Of a DNA stretch of 64,000 nt, positions 10,786 to 20,526 are shown piece by piece. Numbering within the stretch: position 1 is the first letter of the stretch; each line of letters starts with the position of its first letter. The DNA lies in assembly GCA_902541365.1 (NCBI GenBank), contig CACBQK010000002.1, positions 1,478 through 65,477 on the forward strand, in the 5' to 3' direction. Made by a program: the position numbers and the translations under genes. The DNA comes from an uncultured SAR86 cluster bacterium. Lineage in GTDB: Bacteria; Pseudomonadota; Gammaproteobacteria; Magnimaribacterales; D2472. The notes beneath the pieces were generated by a model. The model searched no databases. It worked only from the letters and a program-made list of their open reading frames with translations, and was not told where the DNA came from.

Positions 10786-13700
10786 TGAATGGATCATTTG
10801 CTCATTTAAGGGTTTCATCAGAATACAGCATCTTTAAAGGACTCTTATCTATTGAGAAACTTGTTGAAAAAGCAAAATCTTTTGATATGCCTGCAATAGC
10901 ATTAACTGATCATTCCAACATGTTTGGATTAGTCAAATTTTTTAAGAAATGTGAAAAGGAGGGCATAAAACCCATAAGTGGATCGACACTTAATATTGCA
11001 AGATCGCAAGAAGATAGGTCCTATGAGTTTTTATGCTTAGCTAAAAATTTAGATGGACAAAAAAATCTAATGCATGGACTTTCAAAAGCGAGCAGAAATC
11101 AATCTAAAGCCATTGTATATGATGATTTCTTAAATATTTGCAATGATATTTTTGTGATAACAGGGTCCGAAAATTCTGAAATATTTTCACTCATACTTAA
11201 TGATAAGGAAGATAAGGCAGTTGAGCTTATTGAAAGATATAAATCAGATTTTAAAAATAATTTAGTAATTGAAATTCAAAATACTGGTAAAGAGAGTCAT
11301 AAGACCTTTATGGCTTCCATTTTGCCTATTGCCTCAAGGCTAAGAATCCCTGTAATAGCAACAAATGATGTTTTATTTGGAGATAGAGAAGACTTTGAAA
11401 TTCACGAAACCAAGGTATGCATTAACAGCGGTAAGACACTTAACGATCCAAACAGAGAAAAAATTTACTCTGAGGAACAGTACTTTAAATCTCAGGATGA
11501 GATGCAAGAATTATTTAAAGATTTTCCAGAGGTTCTTTCAAATACTCTTGAAATTGCCAAACAATGTAACTTAAGTTTAGAGCCAGATGGGTATTTTTTA
11601 CCTGAATATCCTGTTCCTGAGGGACAAAATTTTGATTCTCACCTAAGGAGCTTGGTTGAAGAAAATCTAAATAATCTAACCGCTAAATTTGCTAAGGACC
11701 AGGTAGAGCAATATGAGACTAGAGTTAAGTATGAGCTAGACCAAATAAAAACAATGGGCTTCTCCAGTTATTTTCTAATTGTTTATGATTTTATAAAGTG
11801 GTCTAAAAATAATGATGTTCCAGTTGGTCCAGGAAGGGGATCAGGAGCAGGCTCTTTAGTTGCCTATTGTTTGGGAATTACAGCTCTTGATCCTATCAAA
11901 CATGGACTTCTTTTTGAAAGATTTTTAAATCCAGAGAGAATATCTATGCCAGATTTTGACATAGATTTTTGTATGGAGAAAAGAGATAAAGTTATTGAAT
12001 ATGTTAGTTCAAAGTATGGTAAAGATGCCGTATCACAAATTGTAACTTTTGGAACAATGGCTGCCAAAGGAGTTGTTAGAGATGTTACCAGAGCGCTTGG
12101 TAAACCATACAGTCTTGGAGATAGAATCTCTAAAATGATACCTTTTGAGATTGGAATGACTCTTGAAAAGGCAATATCAAGACAGCCAGTGCTTAAGCAA
12201 GCGATCAAAGATGATGATGAGGTTCAGGAAATTATGAATCTATCTTTTAAATTAGAAGGCGGCATTAGAAACATTGGAAAACATGCTGGTGGAGTTGTAA
12301 TTGCACCAGGATCATTAGCAGATTTTTCTCCAATATATTTTGATAGTGATACATCATCAGTTTTAACACAATTTGATAAAGATGATGTTGAAAAAATTGG
12401 GCTAGTTAAATTTGATTTCTTAGGGCTCAGGACCCTTACAATTATTGATAAGGCAATCAAGTCAATAAATGATGATCTAGCTTCAAAAAATGAAGATTTG
12501 CTGGATATATCAAATTTAGATTTAAATGACTCTAAGGTTTTCGAACTTTTATCCGCTGGCAAAACTACTGCAGTTTTTCAACTCGAATCTCCAGGCATGA
12601 AGGACCTTATTAAAAGACTTCAGCCAACAAAATTTGAAGAAATAGTTGCTCTTCTTGCTTTATTTAGACCAGGACCTTTGGATTCTGGCATGCATGATGA
12701 ATTTGTAAATAGAAAGAATGGTAAAGTGCCTGTCACATATCCTCATAAGTTGCTTGAACCTGTTTTGTCTGAAACATATGGTGTAATCCTCTACCAAGAG
12801 CAAGTTATGGAATCAGCAAGGGTTCTAGCAGGATACTCGCTTGGGCAAGCTGATATTCTCCGTCGAGCAATGGGTAAAAAACAAGTGGAAGAAATGGATA
12901 AGCAAAGAACTATTTTTGTTAATGGTTGTAAAGATAACAACATTAAAGAAGACCTTGCAAATAAAATATTTAATTTAATTGAAACTTTTGCTGGTTATGG
13001 CTTTAATAAATCTCATTCGGCAGCATATGCTTTGTTGTCATTCCAGACCGCATATCTTAAGACATATTATCCCGAGTATTTTATGGCAGCTGTGCTTTCT
13101 TCAGCACAAGGAAATACTGATAAGATAAGCTCTATCATAAAAGAATGCAAAGACATGGGTATAAATGTCTTAAGCCCGAATATATTAACAAGCGGAACAA
13201 ATTTCTTTGTTAATCCAAAAAAACAAATTGAATATGGACTAACTTCTCTCAAAGGTGTAGCAGAATCTTTTATATATCACCTTTCTGATATTAGAGAAAA
13301 AAATACATTTAAGAACTTATTAGATTTCTCAAAAAAAGTTAATGTAAAACTTGGCGGCAAGAAATCACTTGAATCTTTATCAAAAGCAGGAGCTTTTGAT
13401 TCAATATGTGATTCAAGATCAATTGCCTTAGCTTGCATACCAGATATGCTAAAGGAGGGAGATAAAAAATCATCCGATGCTCTGTTTGCAGGTGATTTAT
13501 TTTCAAATGTAGAGGAGGATTTTAATCCTTACGATCAATACAAAGATGTGAATCCTTTAAATTTTTCTCAAAAACTAAAATATGAAAAAGAAGCTCTTGG
13601 TTTTTACATTTCAGGTCATCCTGTAGAAGCAATTAAAGATGATATTAAAGATTTAAGGTCCCACAAGATATCGGATCTTGATGCAAACACTTCATCCGCA

Positions 13701-14219
13701 ACAATTGTAGGCCTTGTTAACTCAACAAGACAGATAAAAGACTCGAAGAATAAACCAATTACTTTTGTAAATTTTGATGATGAAAGTGGATCTATGGATG
13801 GAATAATTCTTTCTGAGTTATATGAACAGAAATATGGAATCATCAAGGAAGGAACAATATTAAGATTTTATGGATCAGTTGAGGTAGATGATTACAGATC
13901 CAGAGAGGCTAATTTAACAATGTATAGAATGAGAGTTAAGAATATAAATGCAGTTGAAAGCGATTTAGTTGATAGCAAAAAAGATCTTTTAATAATTTGT
14001 GATACTGTCAATGGCGACTCTCTTCAAGAAATTAAATTAAAGCTTAATAAGATTGATTCAGATTTTTGGGGCGGTGAAAGTAAAGTAAAGTTAAAAATAC
14101 TCAAAGATAGTACAGAAGCGCTTATTTCTTTAAATGATAACTTTATGATTGATCTAAATTCAGAAAATTTAGATAATTTAAGAAGTATCTTTGGAGATAA
14201 CAAAATTAAATTGAGTTAA
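10785..14219 (+). CDS. dnaE: DNA polymerase III alpha subunit
   Basis: PHP domain, GPGRGSGAGS, PDFDIDF, KFDFLGLRTL, YGFNKSHSAAY, OB fold. Confidence 0.99.
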   Translation: MNGSFAHLRVSSEYSIFKGLLSIEKLVEKAKSFDMPAIALTDHSNMFGLVKFFKKCEKEGIKPISGSTLNIARSQEDRSYEFLCLAKNLDGQKNLMHGLSKASRNQSKAIVYDDFLNICNDIFVITGSENSEIFSLILNDKEDKAVELIERYKSDFKNNLVIEIQNTGKESHKTFMASILPIASRLRIPVIATNDVLFGDREDFEIHETKVCINSGKTLNDPNREKIYSEEQYFKSQDEMQELFKDFPEVLSNTLEIAKQCNLSLEPDGYFLPEYPVPEGQNFDSHLRSLVEENLNNLTAKFAKDQVEQYETRVKYELDQIKTMGFSSYFLIVYDFIKWSKNNDVPVGPGRGSGAGSLVAYCLGITALDPIKHGLLFERFLNPERISMPDFDIDFCMEKRDKVIEYVSSKYGKDAVSQIVTFGTMAAKGVVRDVTRALGKPYSLGDRISKMIPFEIGMTLEKAISRQPVLKQAIKDDDEVQEIMNLSFKLEGGIRNIGKHAGGVVIAPGSLADFSPIYFDSDTSSVLTQFDKDDVEKIGLVKFDFLGLRTLTIIDKAIKSINDDLASKNEDLLDISNLDLNDSKVFELLSAGKTTAVFQLESPGMKDLIKRLQPTKFEEIVALLALFRPGPLDSGMHDEFVNRKNGKVPVTYPHKLLEPVLSETYGVILYQEQVMESARVLAGYSLGQADILRRAMGKKQVEEMDKQRTIFVNGCKDNNIKEDLANKIFNLIETFAGYGFNKSHSAAYALLSFQTAYLKTYYPEYFMAAVLSSAQGNTDKISSIIKECKDMGINVLSPNILTSGTNFFVNPKKQIEYGLTSLKGVAESFIYHLSDIREKNTFKNLLDFSKKVNVKLGGKKSLESLSKAGAFDSICDSRSIALACIPDMLKEGDKKSSDALFAGDLFSNVEEDFNPYDQYKDVNPLNFSQKLKYEKEALGFYISGHPVEAIKDDIKDLRSHKISDLDANTSSATIVGLVNSTRQIKDSKNKPITFVNFDDESGSMDGIILSELYEQKYGIIKEGTILRFYGSVEVDDYRSREANLTMYRMRVKNINAVESDLVDSKKDLLIICDTVNGDSLQEIKLKLNKIDSDFWGGESKVKLKILKDSTEALISLNDNFMIDLNSENLDNLRSIFGDNKIKLS

Positions 14220-14221
14220 TC

Positions 14222-15169
14222 ATGATTAAGCGCCACTTTTTAAAATTTGAAAAGCCATTAGAAGAAATTTCGGATAAAATCGACGCGCTAGAAATTGTTT
14301 CAAGAGATAATCCAGAATTAAGATCTCAGATAGATAAGCTTAAATCGGAGTTTGAAGAAAAAACAAAAAAGATATACTCAAATCTTACCAGATGGAACAA
14401 AGTATCAATTTCTAGACATCCTCAAAGACCTCATACTTCTGATTACATTGAAAATATCTTTTCTGATTTTGATGAGCTTCACGGAGATAGGCAGTTTGGT
14501 GATGACCCATCAATAATTGGCGGTCTTGCAAAAATTGATGATACACCAGTAATGGTTATTGGTCATGAAAAGGGAAAAGGTACAGAGGAGAAGGTGAGAA
14601 GGAATTTTGGTATGCCTCAACCAGAAGGATATCGTAAAGCAAAAAGATTAATGAAAATGGCAGAGCAGTTTGAGTTACCTATCATAACTTTTGTAGATAC
14701 ATCTGGTGCTTACCCAGGAATAGAAGGAGAGGAAAGAGGCCAAAGTGAAGCAATTGCTTCTAATTTAGCTCTTATGTCTAGACTTCACACAAGAATCATT
14801 ATCGTTGTAACTGGAGAGGGTGGGTCAGGAGGAGCTTTAGCTTTAGGTGTTGGTGATCATGTGAGCATGCTTGAGCATGCAATATATTCTGTGGCGTCTC
14901 CCGAGGCCTGTGCGTCAATAGTATGGAGATCTTCAGATAAAGCAGAGGAGGCAGCAGAAGCAATGAAATTGACTGCTCAAGATTTAATTAAGCTTAATAT
15001 TATTGATGAAATTATTGAAGAGCCAAAAGGGGGCGCACAAAGTGATTATAAAACTATCTCGCAACATGTTAAGCACTCATTGATCTCAAATATCGAAAAT
15101 CTTAACAAGATTCCTCTTGAAAGACTTTTGGAAAGACGTTATTCAAGGCTTACTGAAGTAGGAAAATAG
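14222..15169 (+). CDS. accA: Acetyl-CoA carboxylase carboxyltransferase alpha subunit
   Basis: RHPQRP, ELHGDR, FGMPQPEGYRKA, DTSGAYPG, GEGGSGGAL. Confidence 0.98.
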   Translation: MIKRHFLKFEKPLEEISDKIDALEIVSRDNPELRSQIDKLKSEFEEKTKKIYSNLTRWNKVSISRHPQRPHTSDYIENIFSDFDELHGDRQFGDDPSIIGGLAKIDDTPVMVIGHEKGKGTEEKVRRNFGMPQPEGYRKAKRLMKMAEQFELPIITFVDTSGAYPGIEGEERGQSEAIASNLALMSRLHTRIIIVVTGEGGSGGALALGVGDHVSMLEHAIYSVASPEACASIVWRSSDKAEEAAEAMKLTAQDLIKLNIIDEIIEEPKGGAQSDYKTISQHVKHSLISNIENLNKIPLERLLERRYSRLTEVGK

Positions 15170-15170
15170 C

Positions 15171-16133
15171 TTGTCACTCTCTACAAATCTTTTAGATGGA
15201 TTGTCCTCAGAAAATAAAATTTTTGTAGCTTTCAGCGGAGGGATAGATTCAACAGCTCTTTTATTTTTATGTAATAAAGCCTTAAAACAAAAAAAAATAG
15301 GTAATTTGAAAGCAATTCATATAAATCATAACCTCTCAAAAAATAGTGATTACTGGCAGCAACATTGTGAGAGTTTTTGTAAAAGTAATAATATTAAGTT
15401 TGAATCTTTCATTGTAAAAGTCTCAAAGAGTAGATCGAGTATCGAGTCACAGGCAAGGCAGGCAAGATATAAAATTTTTGAAAGCCTTCTTGATAAGAAT
15501 GATCATATTTTATTAGCTCATCACAGAGATGATGTTTTTGAAACTATTCTTTTAAGGCTATTTAGAGGAACAGGAGTTGATGGTCTCAGTGGTTTAAATG
15601 AGAGAAGATCATTAGGCAAAGGAGAAATAGTTAGACCATTTTTAAACTTATCTAAATCAGATTTAAAGATCTTTATTGATGAAAATGACTTACCATATAT
15701 TGAGGATGATACTAATTCAAATAATGATTTTGATAGGAATTTTTTAAGAAATGAGATAGTGCCTTCTCTTGAAAAAAGATGGAGCAAACTTTCTGAAAGG
15801 GCTGCTGTTACCTCAGCAACAGCAAAAAAGAAAAAACTTTCATTAGACTTCATGCTAGAAAAGAACTTTAAAAAAGAAATTTCTAAAGGCATTATTGAAA
15901 GAGCAAACTTTATTGAGATACCCCCTTTTTTAATAGAAGAGTTGATAAGATTAATCTTAAGAAAGAAGGGTATTGCTCTCCCTAGTCAGAAAGTTCTGTC
16001 TGAAATCATGAATGTATTTTTTCATAATAAACCTTCAAGCAAATCATATGTTGAGTGGTCAAGGAAAGATGGCGAACAAATCGGAGGAAAAGTCTATTCA
16101 GAGCATAGTGATATAATTTTTAAAAAAAAATAA
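15171..16133 (+). CDS. tilS: tRNA(Ile)-lysidine synthetase (short form)
   Basis: VAFSGGIDS PP-loop, HINHNL, ARQARY, AHHRDD, RPFL, DRNFLR; TTG start. Confidence 0.96.
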   Translation: MSLSTNLLDGLSSENKIFVAFSGGIDSTALLFLCNKALKQKKIGNLKAIHINHNLSKNSDYWQQHCESFCKSNNIKFESFIVKVSKSRSSIESQARQARYKIFESLLDKNDHILLAHHRDDVFETILLRLFRGTGVDGLSGLNERRSLGKGEIVRPFLNLSKSDLKIFIDENDLPYIEDDTNSNNDFDRNFLRNEIVPSLEKRWSKLSERAAVTSATAKKKKLSLDFMLEKNFKKEISKGIIERANFIEIPPFLIEELIRLILRKKGIALPSQKVLSEIMNVFFHNKPSSKSYVEWSRKDGEQIGGKVYSEHSDIIFKKK

Positions 16134-16147
16134 TCTATAATTTAAAT

Positions 16148-16930
16148 ATGAATACTGAAACACTTCAAATAAATATAGAATCACCAATAGCAACAGTTAC
16201 ATTAAATAGACCCAATGTTTTAAATGCATTTAATGAACAATTAGTTTTGGACCTCCAACAAATATTTAAAAATTTGAGTGAAGATGAGTCTGTGAGGGTA
16301 ATCATACTCACTGGATCAGGCAAAGGATTTTCAGCAGGTGCTGATCTAACTGAAAGAGAAGCAAGTTGGGACCCTGATTGTCCATCAAAAGATGCTCTTC
16401 TCCGAGGCTATATGCCTATTTTCAATGACATTGTCAAAATGCCAAAAATTGTAATAGCTGCAATAAATGGACCAGCAGCCGGAATTGGTGCTGCATTAGC
16501 AATGGCCTGCGACTTAAGAGTTATGTCAAAATCATCGTATATTCTTTCAGTTTTCAGCAATATAGCCTTAGTACCAGATGGAGGACTAAATTGGCTTTTA
16601 ACTAGATTCTTAGGATATTCAAAGGCCCTTGAATTTGCTATCGAAGCAAAAAAAATAGGTTCACAAATGTGTTTAGATTCTGGCATTGCTAATAAAGTTG
16701 TTGAAGATGACCAACTTCTTGAAGTGGCAAAATCATGGGCAAACTCATTAGCAAAAAGATCACCTCAAGCACTTTCAAATACCAAAAGATTAATGAGAGA
16801 CTCTCTAAGTAAGTCTTATTTTGATACTTTTAAACAGGAAGCAGAAATTCAAAATGAGATCTTTGGATCTTCTGAACATCGTGAAGCTGTTCAAGCATTT
16901 TTTGAAAAAAGGCAACCTAAATTTGATTAG
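16148..16930 (+). CDS. Crotonase-superfamily enoyl-CoA hydratase/isomerase (PaaG-like)
   Basis: LNRPNVLNA, FSAGADL, IAAINGPAAGIG, ACDLR, LVPDGG, FFEKRQPKF. Confidence 0.9.
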   Translation: MNTETLQINIESPIATVTLNRPNVLNAFNEQLVLDLQQIFKNLSEDESVRVIILTGSGKGFSAGADLTEREASWDPDCPSKDALLRGYMPIFNDIVKMPKIVIAAINGPAAGIGAALAMACDLRVMSKSSYILSVFSNIALVPDGGLNWLLTRFLGYSKALEFAIEAKKIGSQMCLDSGIANKVVEDDQLLEVAKSWANSLAKRSPQALSNTKRLMRDSLSKSYFDTFKQEAEIQNEIFGSSEHREAVQAFFEKRQPKFD

Positions 16931-18588
16931 ATTAGTTTAGCCATCCCCACAATAATTGCTTCAAATGAAGCTTTTGAAGTATTTGGATTTATACCAACAC
17001 CCCAACTTGTTTTGTCACCTTTTTGAAGTTCAATATAGGCAGCAGCTTGTGCATCAGAGCCAGATGAAATTGCACTCTGATGATAATCAGATACCTTTAT
17101 ATCAATTAATAATTTATGATTTAAGGCATTTACAAAAGCATCAATTGGGCCATTACCTGAGCCAGATATTTCATGACTTTTACCATCGATTTCAATTTCA
17201 GCTTTAATATGATCACTTAATTCTTTTGCATCTGATGTTTTTAAAGAATAGTTTTTAAAACTATATCCGGATTTTGGCATGACAAAATTTGTATGAAAGA
17301 TTTCCCAAATCTCTGAAGTTGAAATTTCTTTACCAGTTTCGTCAGCAATTTTTTGTATCTTCTGACTCATACTTATTTGAAGCCTTCTTGGAAGAGAAAC
17401 ACCATGATCTTTTTCTAATAGGAAAGCAACGCCTCCCTTACCAGATTGAGAATTAATTCTCACAACTGCTTCATAAGTTCTTCCTAGGTCTGAAGGATCA
17501 ATCGGTAAATAGGGCACTTCCCACTCGGGGTCATTAGAGTTTCTTAGAGCATTTAAACCTTTTTTGATGGCATCTTGGTGTGATCCCGAAAAAGCAGTGA
17601 AGACCAAATCTCCAGCATAGGGATGTCTGGGGTGAACGGGGAGTTGATTACAGTATTCAACTTCTCTCATGACATTATTAATTTGTGAAAAATCTAAGTT
17701 TGGATCTATCCCTTGGCTATACATATTTAAAGCTAAAGTAACAATATCTACGTTTCCTGTCCTTTCTCCATTTCCAAATAATGTTCCCTCAACTCTGTCT
17801 GCACCCGCCATTAAACCAAACTCAGAAGCTGCTATTGCTGTTCCTCTATCATTATGCGGATGAAGTGAAAGACATATATTATCTCTATTCTTAAAGTTTT
17901 CACTCATCCACTCTACTTGATCTCCATAGATATTTGCCGTTGACATCTCAACAGTTGCCGGAAGATTAATAATAATCTTATTATTTGAAGATCCTTTTAA
18001 TATCTCAACAACCTCGTCACAAACTTCTACTGCGTAATCTAGCTCAGTTCCTGTAAAACTTTCTGGAGAGTATTCAAATGACCAGTTAGTATTTTTGTAT
18101 TTACTTGATAACTCTTTAATGAGTTTTGCTGCATCTGTAGCAATTTTTTTAACACCCTCTTTGTCTTTTTCAAAAACAACTTTTCTCTGAAGTGTTGATG
18201 TTGAATTATAAAAATGAAGGATTGCATTGGGAGCCCCATCAAGAGCTTCAAAAGTTCTTTTTATAATTTCTGGCCTTGCTTGCGTAAGAACTTGAATGGT
18301 GACATCAGATGGGATAATTTTTTCATCAATTAAATGTCTTGTGAAATCAAAATCAGTTTGTGATGCAGCTGGAAATCCAATCTCAATCTGCTTAAAGCCA
18401 ATTTTGCATAAAAGATCGAACATTCTTTTTTTTCTCTCATCTCCCATAGGTTCAATAAGAGCTTGGTTTCCATCACGCAAGTCTACAGAACACCAAATAG
18501 GAGCATTTTCTATAACTTTCGAAGGCCATGACCTATTTTCCTTGCTTACAGGCTTATATGGCTTATATTTTTTATTTGTTTTATCCAT
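16927..18588 (-). CDS. leuA: 2-isopropylmalate synthase
   Basis: SVDLRDGNQAL, SPESF, HPHNDRG, GNGERTGN, FSGSHQDAI, RINSQSGKGG, regulatory domain GNGPID. Confidence 0.98.
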   Translation of the reverse strand: MDKTNKKYKPYKPVSKENRSWPSKVIENAPIWCSVDLRDGNQALIEPMGDERKKRMFDLLCKIGFKQIEIGFPAASQTDFDFTRHLIDEKIIPSDVTIQVLTQARPEIIKRTFEALDGAPNAILHFYNSTSTLQRKVVFEKDKEGVKKIATDAAKLIKELSSKYKNTNWSFEYSPESFTGTELDYAVEVCDEVVEILKGSSNNKIIINLPATVEMSTANIYGDQVEWMSENFKNRDNICLSLHPHNDRGTAIAASEFGLMAGADRVEGTLFGNGERTGNVDIVTLALNMYSQGIDPNLDFSQINNVMREVEYCNQLPVHPRHPYAGDLVFTAFSGSHQDAIKKGLNALRNSNDPEWEVPYLPIDPSDLGRTYEAVVRINSQSGKGGVAFLLEKDHGVSLPRRLQISMSQKIQKIADETGKEISTSEIWEIFHTNFVMPKSGYSFKNYSLKTSDAKELSDHIKAEIEIDGKSHEISGSGNGPIDAFVNALNHKLLIDIKVSDYHQSAISSGSDAQAAAYIELQKGDKTSWGVGINPNTSKASFEAIIVGMAKLI

Positions 18589-18617
18589 TTAATTCATCAA
18601 AATGTTAACATCAAAAA

Positions 18618-19040
18618 ATGTTTGATACTAAATCATCCTTTATTTTATCTAAATTAGGCATACAGAGGTTTCAACCTCAAATAAATGACTTAAATTCAGA
18701 AGTTTTATTTGGTGCACTTTGGGGAAGTATTCTAACACTCTTAGACAAATCATTTAATGAATTAGAAGAAAATGAATTAAATTTATTAATAAAAATAATA
18801 AAATCTGTTGGTATAGATGAATGTGAATATCCTTTTGCTAAAGAAATAAATAATCTTAATGAAATTAAGAAGAAACCCGAGCTAATAATTTCCTTTACTG
18901 ACACCAAAGCTAATTTTAAAAAAGAGTTTTCTCCAATAATTAAATCTAAATCTCTTTCTATTCTTTTAAATAGTACAGAGGATAAGAAAAAATTGTGGTC
19001 AAAAATTAAAGTTTATAAAGATGGAGCTTCACCCAGTTAG
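18618..19040 (+). CDS. Hypothetical protein; candidate divergent DNA polymerase III psi (HolD-like) subunit
   Basis: 140 aa directly upstream of and overlapping rimI. N-terminal LSKLGIQRF and C-terminal KKKLWSKI resemble the psi termini (LQQLGITQW and ARAALWQQI). Confidence 0.55.
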   Translation: MFDTKSSFILSKLGIQRFQPQINDLNSEVLFGALWGSILTLLDKSFNELEENELNLLIKIIKSVGIDECEYPFAKEINNLNEIKKKPELIISFTDTKANFKKEFSPIIKSKSLSILLNSTEDKKKLWSKIKVYKDGASPS

Positions 19041-19458
19041 CTATAGTGATTTAGATCAGATCACAAGAATTGAAAAGGAAACAAATGAATATCCTTGGAA
19101 CCCAAATAATTTTGAGTCTTCTCTAGATGCAGGAAATAGTTCTATAGTTCTAAAGGATAGAACAAATATTGTCGGATATGCTTTTTTTTCAGTTATTGGC
19201 ACTGACTCACATTTATTAAATATTACTATTTCTAAGGATTATCAAGGAAGAGGCTTTGGAAAAAAGATTCTCAAAAAAGTTCTTTTACAGTCAAAAGTAT
19301 TAGGAGCAACCATTGTTTTTCTTGAGGTACGAGTGAGTAACTTTAGAGCAATAAGCTTCTATGAAAAATTTGGATTTAAAAGGGATGCCATAAGATATAA
19401 TTATTATGCTGGTAGCCCCAAGGAAGATGCGTTATTAATGTCCAAACAGGGATTATAA
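19021..19458 (+). CDS. rimI: Ribosomal protein S18 alanine N-acetyltransferase
   Basis: GNAT fold: YPWN, HLLNITI, QGRGFG, FLEVRVSN, RYNYY, EDALLM. Confidence 0.95.
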   Translation: MELHPVSYSDLDQITRIEKETNEYPWNPNNFESSLDAGNSSIVLKDRTNIVGYAFFSVIGTDSHLLNITISKDYQGRGFGKKILKKVLLQSKVLGATIVFLEVRVSNFRAISFYEKFGFKRDAIRYNYYAGSPKEDALLMSKQGL

Positions 19459-19932
19459 AACTCTCTCAATTTCCTTTCTTATATATTTTGGTTCTACCCT
19501 GGGACTAAACCTTTCAATGATCTTGCCACTGTTATTTATTAAAAATTTTGTAAAGTTCCACTTTATTGATTGAGTTCTAAAAATGCCAGGCTTGTCTTGT
19601 TTAAGAAGTTTGAAAAGAGGATGAGCATCAGGCCCATTAACCTTGATTTTAGAAAATATAGGAAATGTAACTGAGTAGTTAATTTCACAAAATTCACTAA
19701 TTTCTTGATCACTTCCGGGCTCTTGCCCTCCAAATTGGTTACACGGGAAGCCCAGGACTAAAAAGTTTTTATCTTTGAATTCATCAAAAATCTTTTGCAA
19801 TCCGATATATTGAGGCGTAAGACCACATTTGCTAGCAACATTTACAATTAATAGTGTTTTGTTTTTAAATTCAGACATTTTGACTTCATCTCCACGTGAA
19901 TCTTGAACACAAATATCGTAAATATTACCCAT
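19453..19932 (-). CDS. Cys-type glutathione peroxidase (BtuE/Gpx family)
   Basis: NVASKCG (TGT codon), GFPCNQFGGQE, IKWNFTKFL. Confidence 0.96.
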   Translation of the reverse strand: MGNIYDICVQDSRGDEVKMSEFKNKTLLIVNVASKCGLTPQYIGLQKIFDEFKDKNFLVLGFPCNQFGGQEPGSDQEISEFCEINYSVTFPIFSKIKVNGPDAHPLFKLLKQDKPGIFRTQSIKWNFTKFLINNSGKIIERFSPRVEPKYIRKEIERVL

Positions 19933-20009
19933 AGCTAGATAAAGTCTTAAGAAAAGTGATTTGTAGAAATGTCTCCCTTGAAGCTATTATACAACATAAA
20001 TTTTTTATT

Positions 20010-20471
20010 ATGGCTGACAAATTAAGCTTTATTTGGCGCTCTTTTGATTCAATCTCAAAGACTGAACTATATGATGTAGCTAACTTAAGGCAAAAAGTAT
20101 TTATCATAGAGCAAAAGTGCTTTTACGAAGATCTTGATTATTTTGATCAAGATGCGAAGCATCTATTACTCTATAGTGGCAAAAATTTAATTGGATATTC
20201 AAGAGTCTTTCCTCCTGGTATAAAATATGAATCTTCATCAATTGGAAGAATTGTTGTCGACAAGCAATTTAGAGGTAAAGGATACGGGATAAAAATTACT
20301 CTTGAATCAATAGAGTTTATTAAAAGAAATTTTCCAAAGACAAATATCTCAATATCTGCTCAGTATAGATTATTAAAATATTATGAAAATCTTAATTTTG
20401 TTAAGGAGGGCAATGTTTATCTTGAAGATGACATTGAACACATTAAAATGGTTTTAAAAGTATCTAAATAA
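20010..20471 (+). CDS. elaA: ElaA-family GNAT acetyltransferase (likely start ATG 20010; ORF track starts at 19956)
   Basis: LRQKVFIIEQKC, DLD, SIGRIVV, RGKGYG, ISAQYRL, YLEDDIEHIKM. Confidence 0.88.
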   Translation: MADKLSFIWRSFDSISKTELYDVANLRQKVFIIEQKCFYEDLDYFDQDAKHLLLYSGKNLIGYSRVFPPGIKYESSSIGRIVVDKQFRGKGYGIKITLESIEFIKRNFPKTNISISAQYRLLKYYENLNFVKEGNVYLEDDIEHIKMVLKVSK

Positions 20472-20505
20472 AACTAAAAAGCTTCTAAAAACATTATCAA
20501 TATTA

Positions 20506-20521
20506 TGAGATAATTGTCACA
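20506..20521. promoter_or_regulatory. CRP/FNR-family-like site
   Basis: TGAGA-TAATTG-TCACA matches 9/10 of the TGTGA-N6-TCACA consensus and lies 5 nt before the lipoprotein ATG. It could be chance in AT-rich DNA. Confidence 0.3.
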
Positions 20522-20526
20522 AAACT

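Noticed and set aside
10785-11400. Degenerate metal ligands in the DnaE PHP domain
   Set aside because: Loss of PHP metal ligands is already known for proteobacterial DnaE.
19453-19932. Possible selenocysteine in the glutathione peroxidase
   Set aside because: The active-site codon is TGT (Cys), not TGA.
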